This document shows, piece after piece, positions 8,700 through 16,983 of a stretch of DNA of 41,196 nucleotides. Within the stretch, counting starts at the first letter, position 1. Each line of letters opens with the position of its first letter. The notes below the pieces were generated by a model. That model was given only the letters and a program-made list of their open reading frames with translations, was not told where the DNA came from and did not search any database. The position numbers and the translations under genes were made by a program. The stretch is from Geobacteraceae bacterium (GTDB lineage: Bacteria > Desulfobacterota > Desulfuromonadia > Geobacterales > Geobacteraceae): positions 1 through 41,196 of the forward strand of contig JBAQKZ010000004.1 in assembly GCA_049301475.1 (NCBI GenBank). The letters run 5' to 3'.

Positions 8700-9086
8700 A
8701 TGAAAAAGAACATTCTTATCGCTGTCGCCCTGGCGGTCGGCATCGCATTGACTTATGCACTTTTCTTCAGGGGAGGCGCTAACGCCCTTCAGGTCAATCA
8801 GGTTGCCTCTGATCCTTCAGCCTACAGAGGAACGGTAACGGTCACCGGTATTATGGCGGGCACGTCCCCGCAAGATCCAAGCGTTTTCGGCATCTTCGAT
8901 CTTAAGGAGCTTAAGTGCACCACCCCCAACTGCAACAAGTTATACTTACCGGTCAGGTACAAGGGTACCATGCCGAAACCGGGTGACGAGGTACGGGTAG
9001 ATGGCAGTTTCATCCAGACAGCGGGCGGCTACATTTTTTCTGCCTCAAGCGTAACGGTGGTACGTAACCACCGTATCGGGGGGTAG
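8700..9086 (+). CDS. Small membrane-anchored hypothetical protein (possible OB-fold, CcmE-like topology)
   Basis: 128 aa with an N-terminal TM helix followed by a beta-rich domain. Good RBS (AAGGAGA). Its TAG stop abuts the ATG of the next gene. Confidence 0.6.
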   Translation: MKKNILIAVALAVGIALTYALFFRGGANALQVNQVASDPSAYRGTVTVTGIMAGTSPQDPSVFGIFDLKELKCTTPNCNKLYLPVRYKGTMPKPGDEVRVDGSFIQTAGGYIFSASSVTVVRNHRIGG

Positions 9087-10250
9087 ATGACACCGGCCAA
9101 GCTCGTTTTTAGAAATATAACCCGACGCAGGGGAAGGTTCGTTTTTACACTACTCGGCATCACCATAGGTATTGCCTCCTTCGTTACATTCATGGCAATG
9201 GGTGGCAATCTCAAGCGCGAGATACATCGCGAGACAGCTGCACTAGGTGCCAGCCTGTTGGTGATACCAAAAGGGTCGTGCGGCTACGAACAACTCTCGA
9301 TCCTGACCGGCGACCAGATGCCGACCAATATCACATATGACGAAGTAAAAAAAATACGAGGAATCAAGGGATTGACAGCGGTTCCCTATCTCTCGCAGCA
9401 GACCGCCATCAACAACCGGCCGGTCAGTGTCACCGGCATTGAGCCTCAGGCGACATTCGCCTTTAAGCGCTGGCAGATGGCGCAGGGAAGTTATTTTAGC
9501 GGTGAGGAGTCAAAAGATGCTGTTATCGGGGTGGTGGCCGCCAAACAGTTCGACCTGAAACCGGGCTCCGCAATAACCGTCCGTGGTGAGCGGCTGACCG
9601 TGATCGGGATACTCTCTGAGACCGGCGGCAGAGACGATGCCGGGATATTCCTTGCCATGCCGATGGCCCAGCGGCTCTTCAAATCCCCGGAGCACGTATC
9701 GTACGTGGCGGTCAGGGTGGACAGCCTGGCCCAGACCGATGCGTATATAGAAAAAATCCGCGCAGTGGTGAGCCTGGGAGTGGTTTCAGACAAGCAGATG
9801 CTCAAGTCGGTGATGGGGATCGTAGGCTCGGTAAATATTACCCTGCAGTTGATCGCCGCAGTGGCGGTGCTGGCGTCCGCCTTCGGCATCGTCAACACCA
9901 TGATGGCAGCCACCTACGAGCGCAAGCGCGAAATCGGTATCCTCCAGGCACTGGGGGCGAGCCCACGAATGATCTTTGCCCTGTTCATGATGGAATCCGG
10001 CATCTACGGGGTCATCGGCGGAGTGAGCGGAGTCGTTGCCGGTCTGTTGGCCGCTGCTGTCGCAACCCCCTACATAGCCCAGAATGCCTTCACGACCATA
10101 GTCAAGGGATCCGGAAGCGGCGCCCTTATCGATGTAAAGGTTATTATCTATTCAATCCTTTTCTCAACCGTAGTAGCCATCGTGGCCGGCATCTACCCTG
10201 CCTGGCGAGCGTCACGACTCACACCGGTGGAGGCGATCAGCTATGAATAA
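9087..10250 (+). CDS. ABC transporter permease, FtsX/MacB type
   Basis: 387 aa: TM1, a large extracytoplasmic MacB-like domain, then 3 C-terminal TM helices with an FtsX signature. Confidence 0.9.
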   Translation: MTPAKLVFRNITRRRGRFVFTLLGITIGIASFVTFMAMGGNLKREIHRETAALGASLLVIPKGSCGYEQLSILTGDQMPTNITYDEVKKIRGIKGLTAVPYLSQQTAINNRPVSVTGIEPQATFAFKRWQMAQGSYFSGEESKDAVIGVVAAKQFDLKPGSAITVRGERLTVIGILSETGGRDDAGIFLAMPMAQRLFKSPEHVSYVAVRVDSLAQTDAYIEKIRAVVSLGVVSDKQMLKSVMGIVGSVNITLQLIAAVAVLASAFGIVNTMMAATYERKREIGILQALGASPRMIFALFMMESGIYGVIGGVSGVVAGLLAAAVATPYIAQNAFTTIVKGSGSGALIDVKVIIYSILFSTVVAIVAGIYPAWRASRLTPVEAISYE

Positions 10251-10914
10251 CATAATCCGTACCGAACATGCAGCCAAGACCTATACGACTGGCGAGATCA
10301 CTACCACTGCCCTCAGGGACGTATCCCTGGAGATTCCGCAAGGGGCATTCACCTGCATAATTGGCCCGTCCGGCCATGGCAAAAGTACGCTAATGCACCT
10401 GATCGGTGGACTTGACCGGCCAAGTTACGGAAAAGTCTACATCGGTGACATCGAGATCAGCCGCATTACCAACAACGACCTGGCCCGCCTACGGGCTAAA
10501 CGGGTGGGTTTCGTGTTTCAATTCTTCAACCTTCTGCAGGGGCTTACAGCAATCGAGAACGTGGAGATTGCCATGATGCTGGCGGGGGTTCCTGATCGTG
10601 AGCAACGGGTTAGGGCAGAGAAATTGCTGGACCTGGTGGGCCTGGCAGAGAGAGGCGACTCGAAACCAAGTCAGCTCTCCGGTGGTCAGCAGCAACGGGT
10701 GGCCATTGCCAGGGCACTGGCCAATAATCCCGATATCCTGCTGATGGACGAGCCGACCGGCAATCTGGACTCAGTGGCGGAAGCTGGAGTGTTGAACCTT
10801 CTGCATACCCTCCACCGCCAAGGGAAAACTGTGGTTATCGTCACCCACAGCGACGAGGTTGCCAAGCGGGCAGAACTGATTATCCGGGTTAAGGACGGGC
10901 TTGTTGATAAATGA
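10243..10914 (+). CDS. ABC transporter ATP-binding protein (MacB/LolD-like)
   Basis: Walker A GPSGHGKST, signature LSGGQQQR and Walker B LLMDEPT. It overlaps the permease gene by 8 nt. Confidence 0.95.
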   Translation: MNNIIRTEHAAKTYTTGEITTTALRDVSLEIPQGAFTCIIGPSGHGKSTLMHLIGGLDRPSYGKVYIGDIEISRITNNDLARLRAKRVGFVFQFFNLLQGLTAIENVEIAMMLAGVPDREQRVRAEKLLDLVGLAERGDSKPSQLSGGQQQRVAIARALANNPDILLMDEPTGNLDSVAEAGVLNLLHTLHRQGKTVVIVTHSDEVAKRAELIIRVKDGLVDK

Positions 10915-11010
10915 AAAGTCTTAAGAAATCCTGTAATAGATGTAACCAGCGGTAATCAAGCAGGGGTGGACAAACCGCCATTTACGCTCGCTGTGCCATT
11001 CACTCGTCAC

Positions 11011-11277
11011 GGATTCAGGTATATTAATGAAATCCTCACCGTATTTAGCTATTGACTTCTCAATCGTCAATTGATATTGCATTTGACTGTGCTTCGTAAT
11101 ACAGGGCTCGTGGATTTCGCTCAGGATGGCGCACAGCGCTGCTACTACGTATCTCGTCCCATCATTGTGCAAACTATTGTTGCCGTGTTGTCAGAAGGTG
11201 AAGTAGTTGTCCGAAAAAACAAGCAAGACATCGACAGGGAAAAACATTCATCAGGGGAGGATTGCTATGTCTGGTGA
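11011..11277 (+). pseudogene. Decayed ArsR/SmtB-family regulator remnant
   Basis: Frame 1 reads FRYINEILTVFSY-TGA-LLNRQLILHLTVLRNTGLVDFAQDGAQRCYYVS. The recognition-helix/wing motif (HL..L...GLV....G....Y) is present. There is an in-frame TGA at 11053, and the helix-turn-helix region is about 10 aa too short. Confidence 0.35.
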
Positions 11278-11409
11278 CGATAGTTCTCCTCTTTTTGAAC
11301 ACGATCATGCTGACAGACCGGTGTTCCTTCCCTGCAACATGCTTGAGTCAGCCGCAGGTCTGCGCCACTGCACTTGCAGCCGCCTTGAACATGCAGCAGG
11401 AGAAACCCC

Positions 11410-11988
11410 ATGAAAGTCCGTGACAGCGGCATGCCCGATGAAGGGATGTGGACAGGTTTTTTCGATCCGGCCAAGGTACTGGCTGTTTTCGGCCTTGACC
11501 GGGGAGTCCGGGACCTGGTGGAATTCGGTTGCGGCTATGGAACATTTACCCTGGCCGCCGCCGGAATCACCGCAGACGCTGTGCATGCCCTGGACATAGA
11601 GCCGGAGATGGTGGGTGTAGTCCGGCAAAAATGCGTCGAAGCCGGCATTGCCAATGTCCGGGCAACGGTACGTGATTTCGTGATTGAGGGAACCGGACTT
11701 GACGACAATTCCATGGATGCCGCCCTGCTTTTTAACATCCTGCATCACGAAGAGCCTGTAGCCCTGATGAAAGAGGCCCTTCGCGTGCTCAAGCCGAACG
11801 GCATGCTGGCCGTCATTCACTGGAACTATGATCCCACGACCCCACGAGGTCCGGCCATGGAGATTCGCCCCCGACCGGAACAGTGTATCGAGTGGGGGAG
11901 AGAAGCCGGATTCCGTTTCGATGAGCAAAACCGCTACGACCTGCCGCCATACCACTACGGCTTGCTCTTCAGGAAACCCTTCGCCTGA
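11410..11988 (+). CDS. Class I SAM-dependent methyltransferase
   Basis: 192 aa with motif I VEFGCGYG and post-I/II motifs (LDIEPEM, LLFNILHH, LKPNG). Its ATG overlaps the TGA of an upstream 48-codon ORF. Confidence 0.85.
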   Translation: MKVRDSGMPDEGMWTGFFDPAKVLAVFGLDRGVRDLVEFGCGYGTFTLAAAGITADAVHALDIEPEMVGVVRQKCVEAGIANVRATVRDFVIEGTGLDDNSMDAALLFNILHHEEPVALMKEALRVLKPNGMLAVIHWNYDPTTPRGPAMEIRPRPEQCIEWGREAGFRFDEQNRYDLPPYHYGLLFRKPFA

Positions 11989-12010
11989 TAACGCCTTTAC
12001 TGCCCGTGAG

Positions 12011-12139
12011 TCATACCAATTTCAAATCAAAGATGCAGTCAAGGCGGCGAGGATTGAGGCGACGAAGGCATACATCCAGTATGTTGAGGAGCCGAAGACG
12101 AGCCAACGAAGAGGGCGCTTTGATTTGGAATTGGTATCA
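12011..12139. mobile_element. Full-length MITE copy (orientation B), 123-bp core 12014-12136 flanked by TCA/TCA
   Basis: Terminal inverted repeats are TACCAATTTCAAATCAAAG and CTTTGATTTGGAATTGGTA (18/19 matches). TCA flanks it directly on both sides. It differs at 2-3 positions from the copies at 37524-37646 and 39764-39886. Confidence 0.8.
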
Positions 12140-12164
12140 GCCATTACAAAGGGGGGAGACAATC

Positions 12165-12494
12165 ATGAAGGTAGGCATCATTCGTTGTCAATTGACCGAG
12201 GATATGTGCCCCGGCAGCACCGATTTCAAGGTTGCCGGGGAAGGCACAATGGCCTTCGAGGAGACCGGTCCGGTAGAGATTATCGGATTTCTTTCGTGCG
12301 GCGGCTGCTCCGGCAAGAAGGCCGTCACACGGGCCAAGATGATGGTTGACCGGGGGGCAGAGGCAATCGTGTTCGCCTCTTGCATGAAAAATGGCAACCC
12401 CATAGGGTATCCTTGTCCGCACTTCGCGGCTATCAAAGCGGCGGTCGAGAAAAGACTCGGGGCCGATACGAAGATCATAGACTGGACCCACTGA
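12165..12494 (+). CDS. CGGC-domain protein
   Basis: The real start is MKVGIIRCQ..., after a GGGGGGAGA RBS. It contains the SCGGCSGKK motif. The 5' extension in the track ORF (from 12006) is translated MITE sequence. Confidence 0.8.
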   Translation: MKVGIIRCQLTEDMCPGSTDFKVAGEGTMAFEETGPVEIIGFLSCGGCSGKKAVTRAKMMVDRGAEAIVFASCMKNGNPIGYPCPHFAAIKAAVEKRLGADTKIIDWTH

Positions 12495-12503
12495 AATTCT
12501 GCC

Positions 12504-12668
12504 ATGACCTATGCCAACTTGCAGGAGGCGCTTCGGGTTCTTGGCCTAGGTGAGCGAGCCACCCTCGCTGAAATCAAGGCCCAGCACCGGGAACTGGTAA
12601 AACGCCACCACCCTGACACCCGCAATGCCGGTGATATTTTACTTTCTTTCCAATCAACTGTAACATAA
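12504..12668 (+). CDS. 54-aa J-domain fragment ORF (helices I-II plus HPD)
   Basis: MTYANLQEALRVLGLGERATLAEIKAQHRELVKRHHPDTRNAG... matches the DnaJ J-domain through the HPD motif. The sequence then ends after about 14 more residues. It is below the ORF-track length cutoff. Confidence 0.4.
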   Translation: MTYANLQEALRVLGLGERATLAEIKAQHRELVKRHHPDTRNAGDILLSFQSTVT

Positions 12669-12717
12669 CTGCAACCTTTTGCCTGTAACTTGTTAATAGC
12701 TCCCAAAGGAATACACA

Positions 12718-13398
12718 ATGAAAACAATCCTCATCATTGAAGACGAAAACGATCTTGCGGAACTCGTGGCCTTCAACCTGGGAAAAGAAGGATACCGGCC
12801 TCTTATCGCGCATGACGGCCCTTCCGGCCTGGAGTCCGCCAGATCCGCCCCCCCAGACCTGATTCTTCTTGATCTCATGCTTCCAGGGATGTCGGGTATC
12901 GATGTCTGCAAGATTCTTAAGAGCAGCGAGAAGACCGCACGGATACCGGTCATCATTCTGACTGCCAAGGGAGAGGAAATCGACCGGGTGGTGGGTTTCG
13001 AGATCGGCGCCGATGATTACATGGTAAAGCCGTTTTCCACGAGGGAGCTGCTATTGCGCGTAAAAGCGCTGTTCCGTCGCGCCGGTCATGGGGAAGAAAC
13101 AGGGAAAATCATCAAGGTCGGCCCCCTTGCAATCGACACCGACAGACATACGGTAACTATCGAGGGGAAAGAGGCGCTTCTCACGATGACCGAGTTCAAA
13201 TTACTCCTCTGCCTGGCCGAACGGCTGGGAAGGGTGCAGAGCCGAGAACAGCTCCTGAAGACCGCATGGGGCATGGCCCATATTGGCGACACGCGAACCG
13301 TGGATACCCACGTCACCAGGCTTCGCACCAAGATCGGGGCCGCCGGCGACCTTATCAAGACCATTCGAGGCTTCGGCTATAAAATGGAGGAGGAATGA
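12718..13398 (+). CDS. phoB: OmpR/PhoB-family response regulator
   Basis: Receiver domain (D..DLMLPG, K at PF) plus a winged-helix output domain. It sits next to phoR and the pst genes. Confidence 0.9.
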   Translation: MKTILIIEDENDLAELVAFNLGKEGYRPLIAHDGPSGLESARSAPPDLILLDLMLPGMSGIDVCKILKSSEKTARIPVIILTAKGEEIDRVVGFEIGADDYMVKPFSTRELLLRVKALFRRAGHGEETGKIIKVGPLAIDTDRHTVTIEGKEALLTMTEFKLLLCLAERLGRVQSREQLLKTAWGMAHIGDTRTVDTHVTRLRTKIGAAGDLIKTIRGFGYKMEEE

Positions 13399-15173
13399 GG
13401 GTCAATATACGCTGGAAACTGATGGGGGCATTCCTCCTGGTAATACTGCTGATGGGTGGTGTTCTCTACTTTTACCTCTCCCATACCCTGGAAAATTACC
13501 TGGTCATGGAAACGGAAAAAGGGCTTTCCCACGAGGCTCGGCTTGCCCGCCTCATGGCCGGCAAGGAGGTCAAGGATATGCGGCGGGATGCCCCTTATCT
13601 GGCATCCACCATCTTCAGGGAGACCGGCACCAGGGTCACCATCATCTCCTCCCAGGGCGAGGTAATGGGGGATTCCGCTATCAAGCCGGACAAACTAAGG
13701 GAACTGGAAAACCACCTGGGGCGCCCCGAGGTGCAGGAGGCGCTGAAAAGCGGCCGGGGTAGCTCAATCCGCTATTCTTCAACCATTGAAACTCCCATGC
13801 TTTATGTGGCCTATCCGTTTAATTCCGTCGGGGGAGAAGCAGGGATTATACGGCTGGCTTTCCCCCTTACGGCACTTGAGAAAGCAAAAGCAAGCCTCCA
13901 TTCCATCCTCGGCTTTTCTCTGCTCATGGCAATGCTGGTTTCGCTGGTCTTAAGTTTTATTCTTTCGCACGTAACCTCGCGGTCGTTGCGTGACCTGGCG
14001 GCAAGCGCGGCCCGGATCGGCAAGGGAGAATACAAGAGACGGGTTACGGTAGAAAGCAGGGATGAAATAGGGGAACTGGCCGAGGTTATGAACGACATGG
14101 CCATCAGGATCGAAGGCCAACTGGCAAGCATATCCGCGGAAAAGAACCGCCTCGATGCGATCCTGCGCGGGATGGGGGAAGGGGTAATGCTTACAGACGC
14201 CTCCGGGGTCATCACGCTTGTCAACCCCGCTTTTCTGGAGCTGTTTTCATTGGAGAAAGAGGAGGCCGAAGGAAGGCCGCTCATCCACATTACCCGCCAT
14301 CCCTCCCTCCACGCTGCCTTCAGGTCGGTTGTGGAGACGAAAAACGAGCGTCTTGAAGAGATGACCCTTCCCCTGAACGGCGAAAAAACCGCCCTTACCC
14401 ACTGGGTTCCCCTGTTGGAAGGTGGAGAAACGAACGGAGTGGTGGCGGTGTTTCACGACATCAGCGACCTGAAGCGTCTGGAAAAGGTCCGTAAGGACTT
14501 TGTGGCTAACGTCTCCCACGAATTGCGCACACCGGTGACGGTAATCAAGGGATACACGGAAACACTCCGGAGTGACTTGATTAGAACAGACCCGGAATGC
14601 GCCCTTCGTTTCATCGGCATCATCCATAATCATGCGGAACGCCTAGCAAATCTCATAAGCGATCTACTTATCCTCTCTGAGCTGGAATCGGGCGCCATGT
14701 CGCTGAAAATGGGCGCGGAAAGCATAGAGGCGGCGGCACAGCGCGCCTGCGCACTCCTGGAGATGAAGGCCGGCGACAAGCGCATAACCATGGAGTTGAG
14801 CGGTACCAGGAAAGCCCCGCCGGTCCTGGCGGACAGTAAGAGGATTGAGCAGGTGCTGATCAACCTCATCGACAACGCCATTAAATATACCCCTGAGAAC
14901 GGCACGATCACGATATCCGCGCATGAAGAGGGCGATATGCTGGCAATAGAGGTTAAAGACACCGGCATCGGCATCCCTCCCAATGATCTGCCGCGCTTAT
15001 TCGAGAGGTTCTACCGTGTGGACTCGGCGCGCAGCCGCGAACAGGGGGGGACCGGACTCGGACTTTCGATCGTCAAGCACATCGTGCAGTTGCACGGAGG
15101 GACCGTGGCCGTGGAGAGCACGCCGGGCAAAGGCTCCATATTCTCCTTTACCTTAAGAAAAGCATACTGCTAA
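13395..15173 (+). CDS. phoR: PhoR-type sensor histidine kinase (2 TM, periplasmic domain, HAMP, PAS, HisKA, HATPase_c)
   Basis: H-box SHELRTP, N box LIDNAIKYT and G boxes DTGIGI / GGTGLGLSI. The ATGA overlap couples it to phoB. Confidence 0.9.
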   Translation: MRVNIRWKLMGAFLLVILLMGGVLYFYLSHTLENYLVMETEKGLSHEARLARLMAGKEVKDMRRDAPYLASTIFRETGTRVTIISSQGEVMGDSAIKPDKLRELENHLGRPEVQEALKSGRGSSIRYSSTIETPMLYVAYPFNSVGGEAGIIRLAFPLTALEKAKASLHSILGFSLLMAMLVSLVLSFILSHVTSRSLRDLAASAARIGKGEYKRRVTVESRDEIGELAEVMNDMAIRIEGQLASISAEKNRLDAILRGMGEGVMLTDASGVITLVNPAFLELFSLEKEEAEGRPLIHITRHPSLHAAFRSVVETKNERLEEMTLPLNGEKTALTHWVPLLEGGETNGVVAVFHDISDLKRLEKVRKDFVANVSHELRTPVTVIKGYTETLRSDLIRTDPECALRFIGIIHNHAERLANLISDLLILSELESGAMSLKMGAESIEAAAQRACALLEMKAGDKRITMELSGTRKAPPVLADSKRIEQVLINLIDNAIKYTPENGTITISAHEEGDMLAIEVKDTGIGIPPNDLPRLFERFYRVDSARSREQGGTGLGLSIVKHIVQLHGGTVAVESTPGKGSIFSFTLRKAYC

Positions 15174-15259
15174 TAAAATTCGCCATCTTTTCACACATTC
15201 ATAATATCTCCGTAACATAGCCATGTTATCGTTGGCAAAAATGGAAAAGGAGAATTGAA

Positions 15260-15697
15260 ATGTGGAAAGAGGACACTATCGACCTGAAACTGAAGAAATT
15301 CTTCGACATCTCCGCCCAGGCTATCCTGAGCCTGCTTATCGTTGCCATTCTGCTGGCGATTCTGGCGGGCGTCATCTACACCTTCTACGACATGCGCCTG
15401 ATCTATCGGATGGATTTCCTGGGGGCCTTCAAGACCATACTGGTCGACATGCTTACTGTTCTTGCGCTTGTCGAGGTGCTGCGTACGGGCATGGCCTATT
15501 TTTCCGAGGGGCGGGTCAAGGTCACCTACATCATCGACACGGTCATGGTCGTTGTGCTGACCGAGGTGATGGCTTTCTGGTATAAGGAAATGGAGTGGCA
15601 GAAGGTCGCCATGGTGATCGCCCTGATTCTTTCCCTGGCCTTCGTCAGAATCATCGCCGTCAGTTTTTCACCCCAAAGGGTGCAGGAAGAATTATGA
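15260..15697 (+). CDS. psiE: PsiE-like phosphate-starvation-inducible membrane protein
   Basis: 145 aa with 4 TM helices and a PsiE-like pattern (LVEVLR..., VMVVVLTE). It lies between phoBR and pstS. Confidence 0.7.
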   Translation: MWKEDTIDLKLKKFFDISAQAILSLLIVAILLAILAGVIYTFYDMRLIYRMDFLGAFKTILVDMLTVLALVEVLRTGMAYFSEGRVKVTYIIDTVMVVVLTEVMAFWYKEMEWQKVAMVIALILSLAFVRIIAVSFSPQRVQEEL

Positions 15698-15760
15698 ACC
15701 CATGCTATTATTTCACAGGATTCGTTGGTTTGGACCAGAATTTACCGAATCTTCGAGAAC

Positions 15761-15793
15761 CCGTCACATGAATGCAACATTGCCATGCTATGT
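15761..15793 (+). promoter_or_regulatory. Candidate Pho box plus -10 element upstream of pstS
   Basis: CGTCAcatgaaTGCAAcat places two TGTCA-like pentamers 11 bp apart. TATGTT follows 10 nt downstream at 15788-15793. TGYAAC-like motifs also occur upstream of phoB and psiE. Confidence 0.3.
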
Positions 15794-15839
15794 TTAAGTC
15801 CAATGTACGACAATAAACCCACTTGAGGAGGAAATTTAA

Positions 15840-16871
15840 ATGTTAAACGGAATCCGGAAAAGCATTCTCACATTGGCCCTGGTAGCAGTAATGGCCGTTG
15901 CCGGCCAGGCCTCAGCCGCAACGCTCATTAACGGCGCCGGCGCAACTTTCCCCTACCCACTGTATTCCAAATGGTTCAGCGAATACGCCAAGGTAGACCC
16001 GAGCGTAAAGTTCAACTACCAGTCGATCGGCTCAGGCGGCGGCATCAAACAGATTACCGCCCAGACCATCGATTTTGGCGCAAGCGACAAGTTCCTTACC
16101 GATGATGAGTTGAAGGCGGCTCCAGGCAAGATCATCCATATCCCGACCGTCATGGGGGCGGTGGTGGTCACTTACAACATCCCCGGCGTGGCGAAGGGGC
16201 TGAAGCTCTCCTCCGAGGACGTGGCGGACATCTTCCTCGGCAGGATCACCAAGTGGAACGATCCCAAGATCGCTAATGACAACCCGGGAGTCAAACTCCC
16301 CGGCCAGCCGATCATCGTCGTGCACCGTTCCGACGGGAGCGGCACCACCGCCATATTCACCGATTACCTCTCCGCCGTGAGCGCGGAGTGGAAGAGCAAG
16401 GTCGGCATGGGCGCCTCGGTCAAGTGGCCGGTCGGACTCGGCGGCAAGGGTAACGAAGGGGTTGCCGGTCAGATCAAGACCACGCAGTACGCCATCGGCT
16501 ACGTGGAACTTGCCTACGCCTTCGAAAACAAGCTCTCCTACGCCACTCTCAAGAACAAGAGCGGCGCCTTCGTGGAGCCCTCCATCAACTCCACCAGCGC
16601 TGCCGCGGCAAGCGCCGCCAAGCAGATGCCGGCAGATTACCGGGTATCCCTGGTTAACCAGCCGGGCAAGGATACATATCCCATCGTAGGCTTCACCTGG
16701 CTCCTGGTCTACGAGCATCAGAAGAACCCGGTCAACGGGAAGAAACTGGTGGAATTCCTCAACTGGAGCATGACGAATGGACAGAAGATGGCCAGCGCCC
16801 TCCTCTATGCGCCTCTTCCAGCCAATGTGTCAAAGATGGTGGAGAAAACCATCAAGGGCATCAAATACTGA
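15840..16871 (+). CDS. pstS: Phosphate ABC transporter substrate-binding protein
   Basis: 343 aa with a signal peptide and the motifs GAGATFPYPLY and SDGSGTT. GAGGAGG RBS. Confidence 0.95.
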   Translation: MLNGIRKSILTLALVAVMAVAGQASAATLINGAGATFPYPLYSKWFSEYAKVDPSVKFNYQSIGSGGGIKQITAQTIDFGASDKFLTDDELKAAPGKIIHIPTVMGAVVVTYNIPGVAKGLKLSSEDVADIFLGRITKWNDPKIANDNPGVKLPGQPIIVVHRSDGSGTTAIFTDYLSAVSAEWKSKVGMGASVKWPVGLGGKGNEGVAGQIKTTQYAIGYVELAYAFENKLSYATLKNKSGAFVEPSINSTSAAAASAAKQMPADYRVSLVNQPGKDTYPIVGFTWLLVYEHQKNPVNGKKLVEFLNWSMTNGQKMASALLYAPLPANVSKMVEKTIKGIKY

Positions 16872-16891
16872 TTTTCACCCTGCTATGCTTT

Positions 16892-16938
16892 GCCCGGACA
16901 GACACCCTTCCTACTTGGTATGTCCGGGCTCTTTTTCT
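16892..16938 (+). terminator. Intrinsic terminator/attenuator after pstS
   Basis: GCCCGGACA (16892-16900) pairs with TGTCCGGGC (16921-16929) around a 20-nt loop, followed by TCTTTTTCT. Confidence 0.55.
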
Positions 16939-16983
16939 GGATAGGGAATTGTTGAGATCAGGTTAAGAATTGATGACAGGGGT

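Noticed and set aside
10921-11172. 83-aa minus-strand ORF between the ABC ATPase gene and the methyltransferase gene.
   Set aside because: It is antisense to the ArsR-like remnant, has no RBS or recognisable motif, and has an unusual composition. The plus-strand ArsR remnant explains the region better.
12006-12164. N-terminal extension of the CGGC-domain ORF (MSHTNFKSKMQSRRRGLRRRRH...).
   Set aside because: This is the MITE copy translated in frame. The real start at 12165 has a strong RBS, and the same Arg-rich 'peptide' recurs wherever the repeat occurs.
12669-12717. TGCAAC / CTGTAAC motifs upstream of phoB, and TTCACA-N5-ATAATA-N5-GTAACA-N5-ATGTTA upstream of psiE (about 15200-15245), considered as additional Pho boxes.
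   Set aside because: They are suggestive, with 11-bp phasing upstream of psiE. However, the half-sites are degenerate and the spacing upstream of phoB is 14 bp rather than 11 bp. Only the pstS site is reported, and at low confidence.
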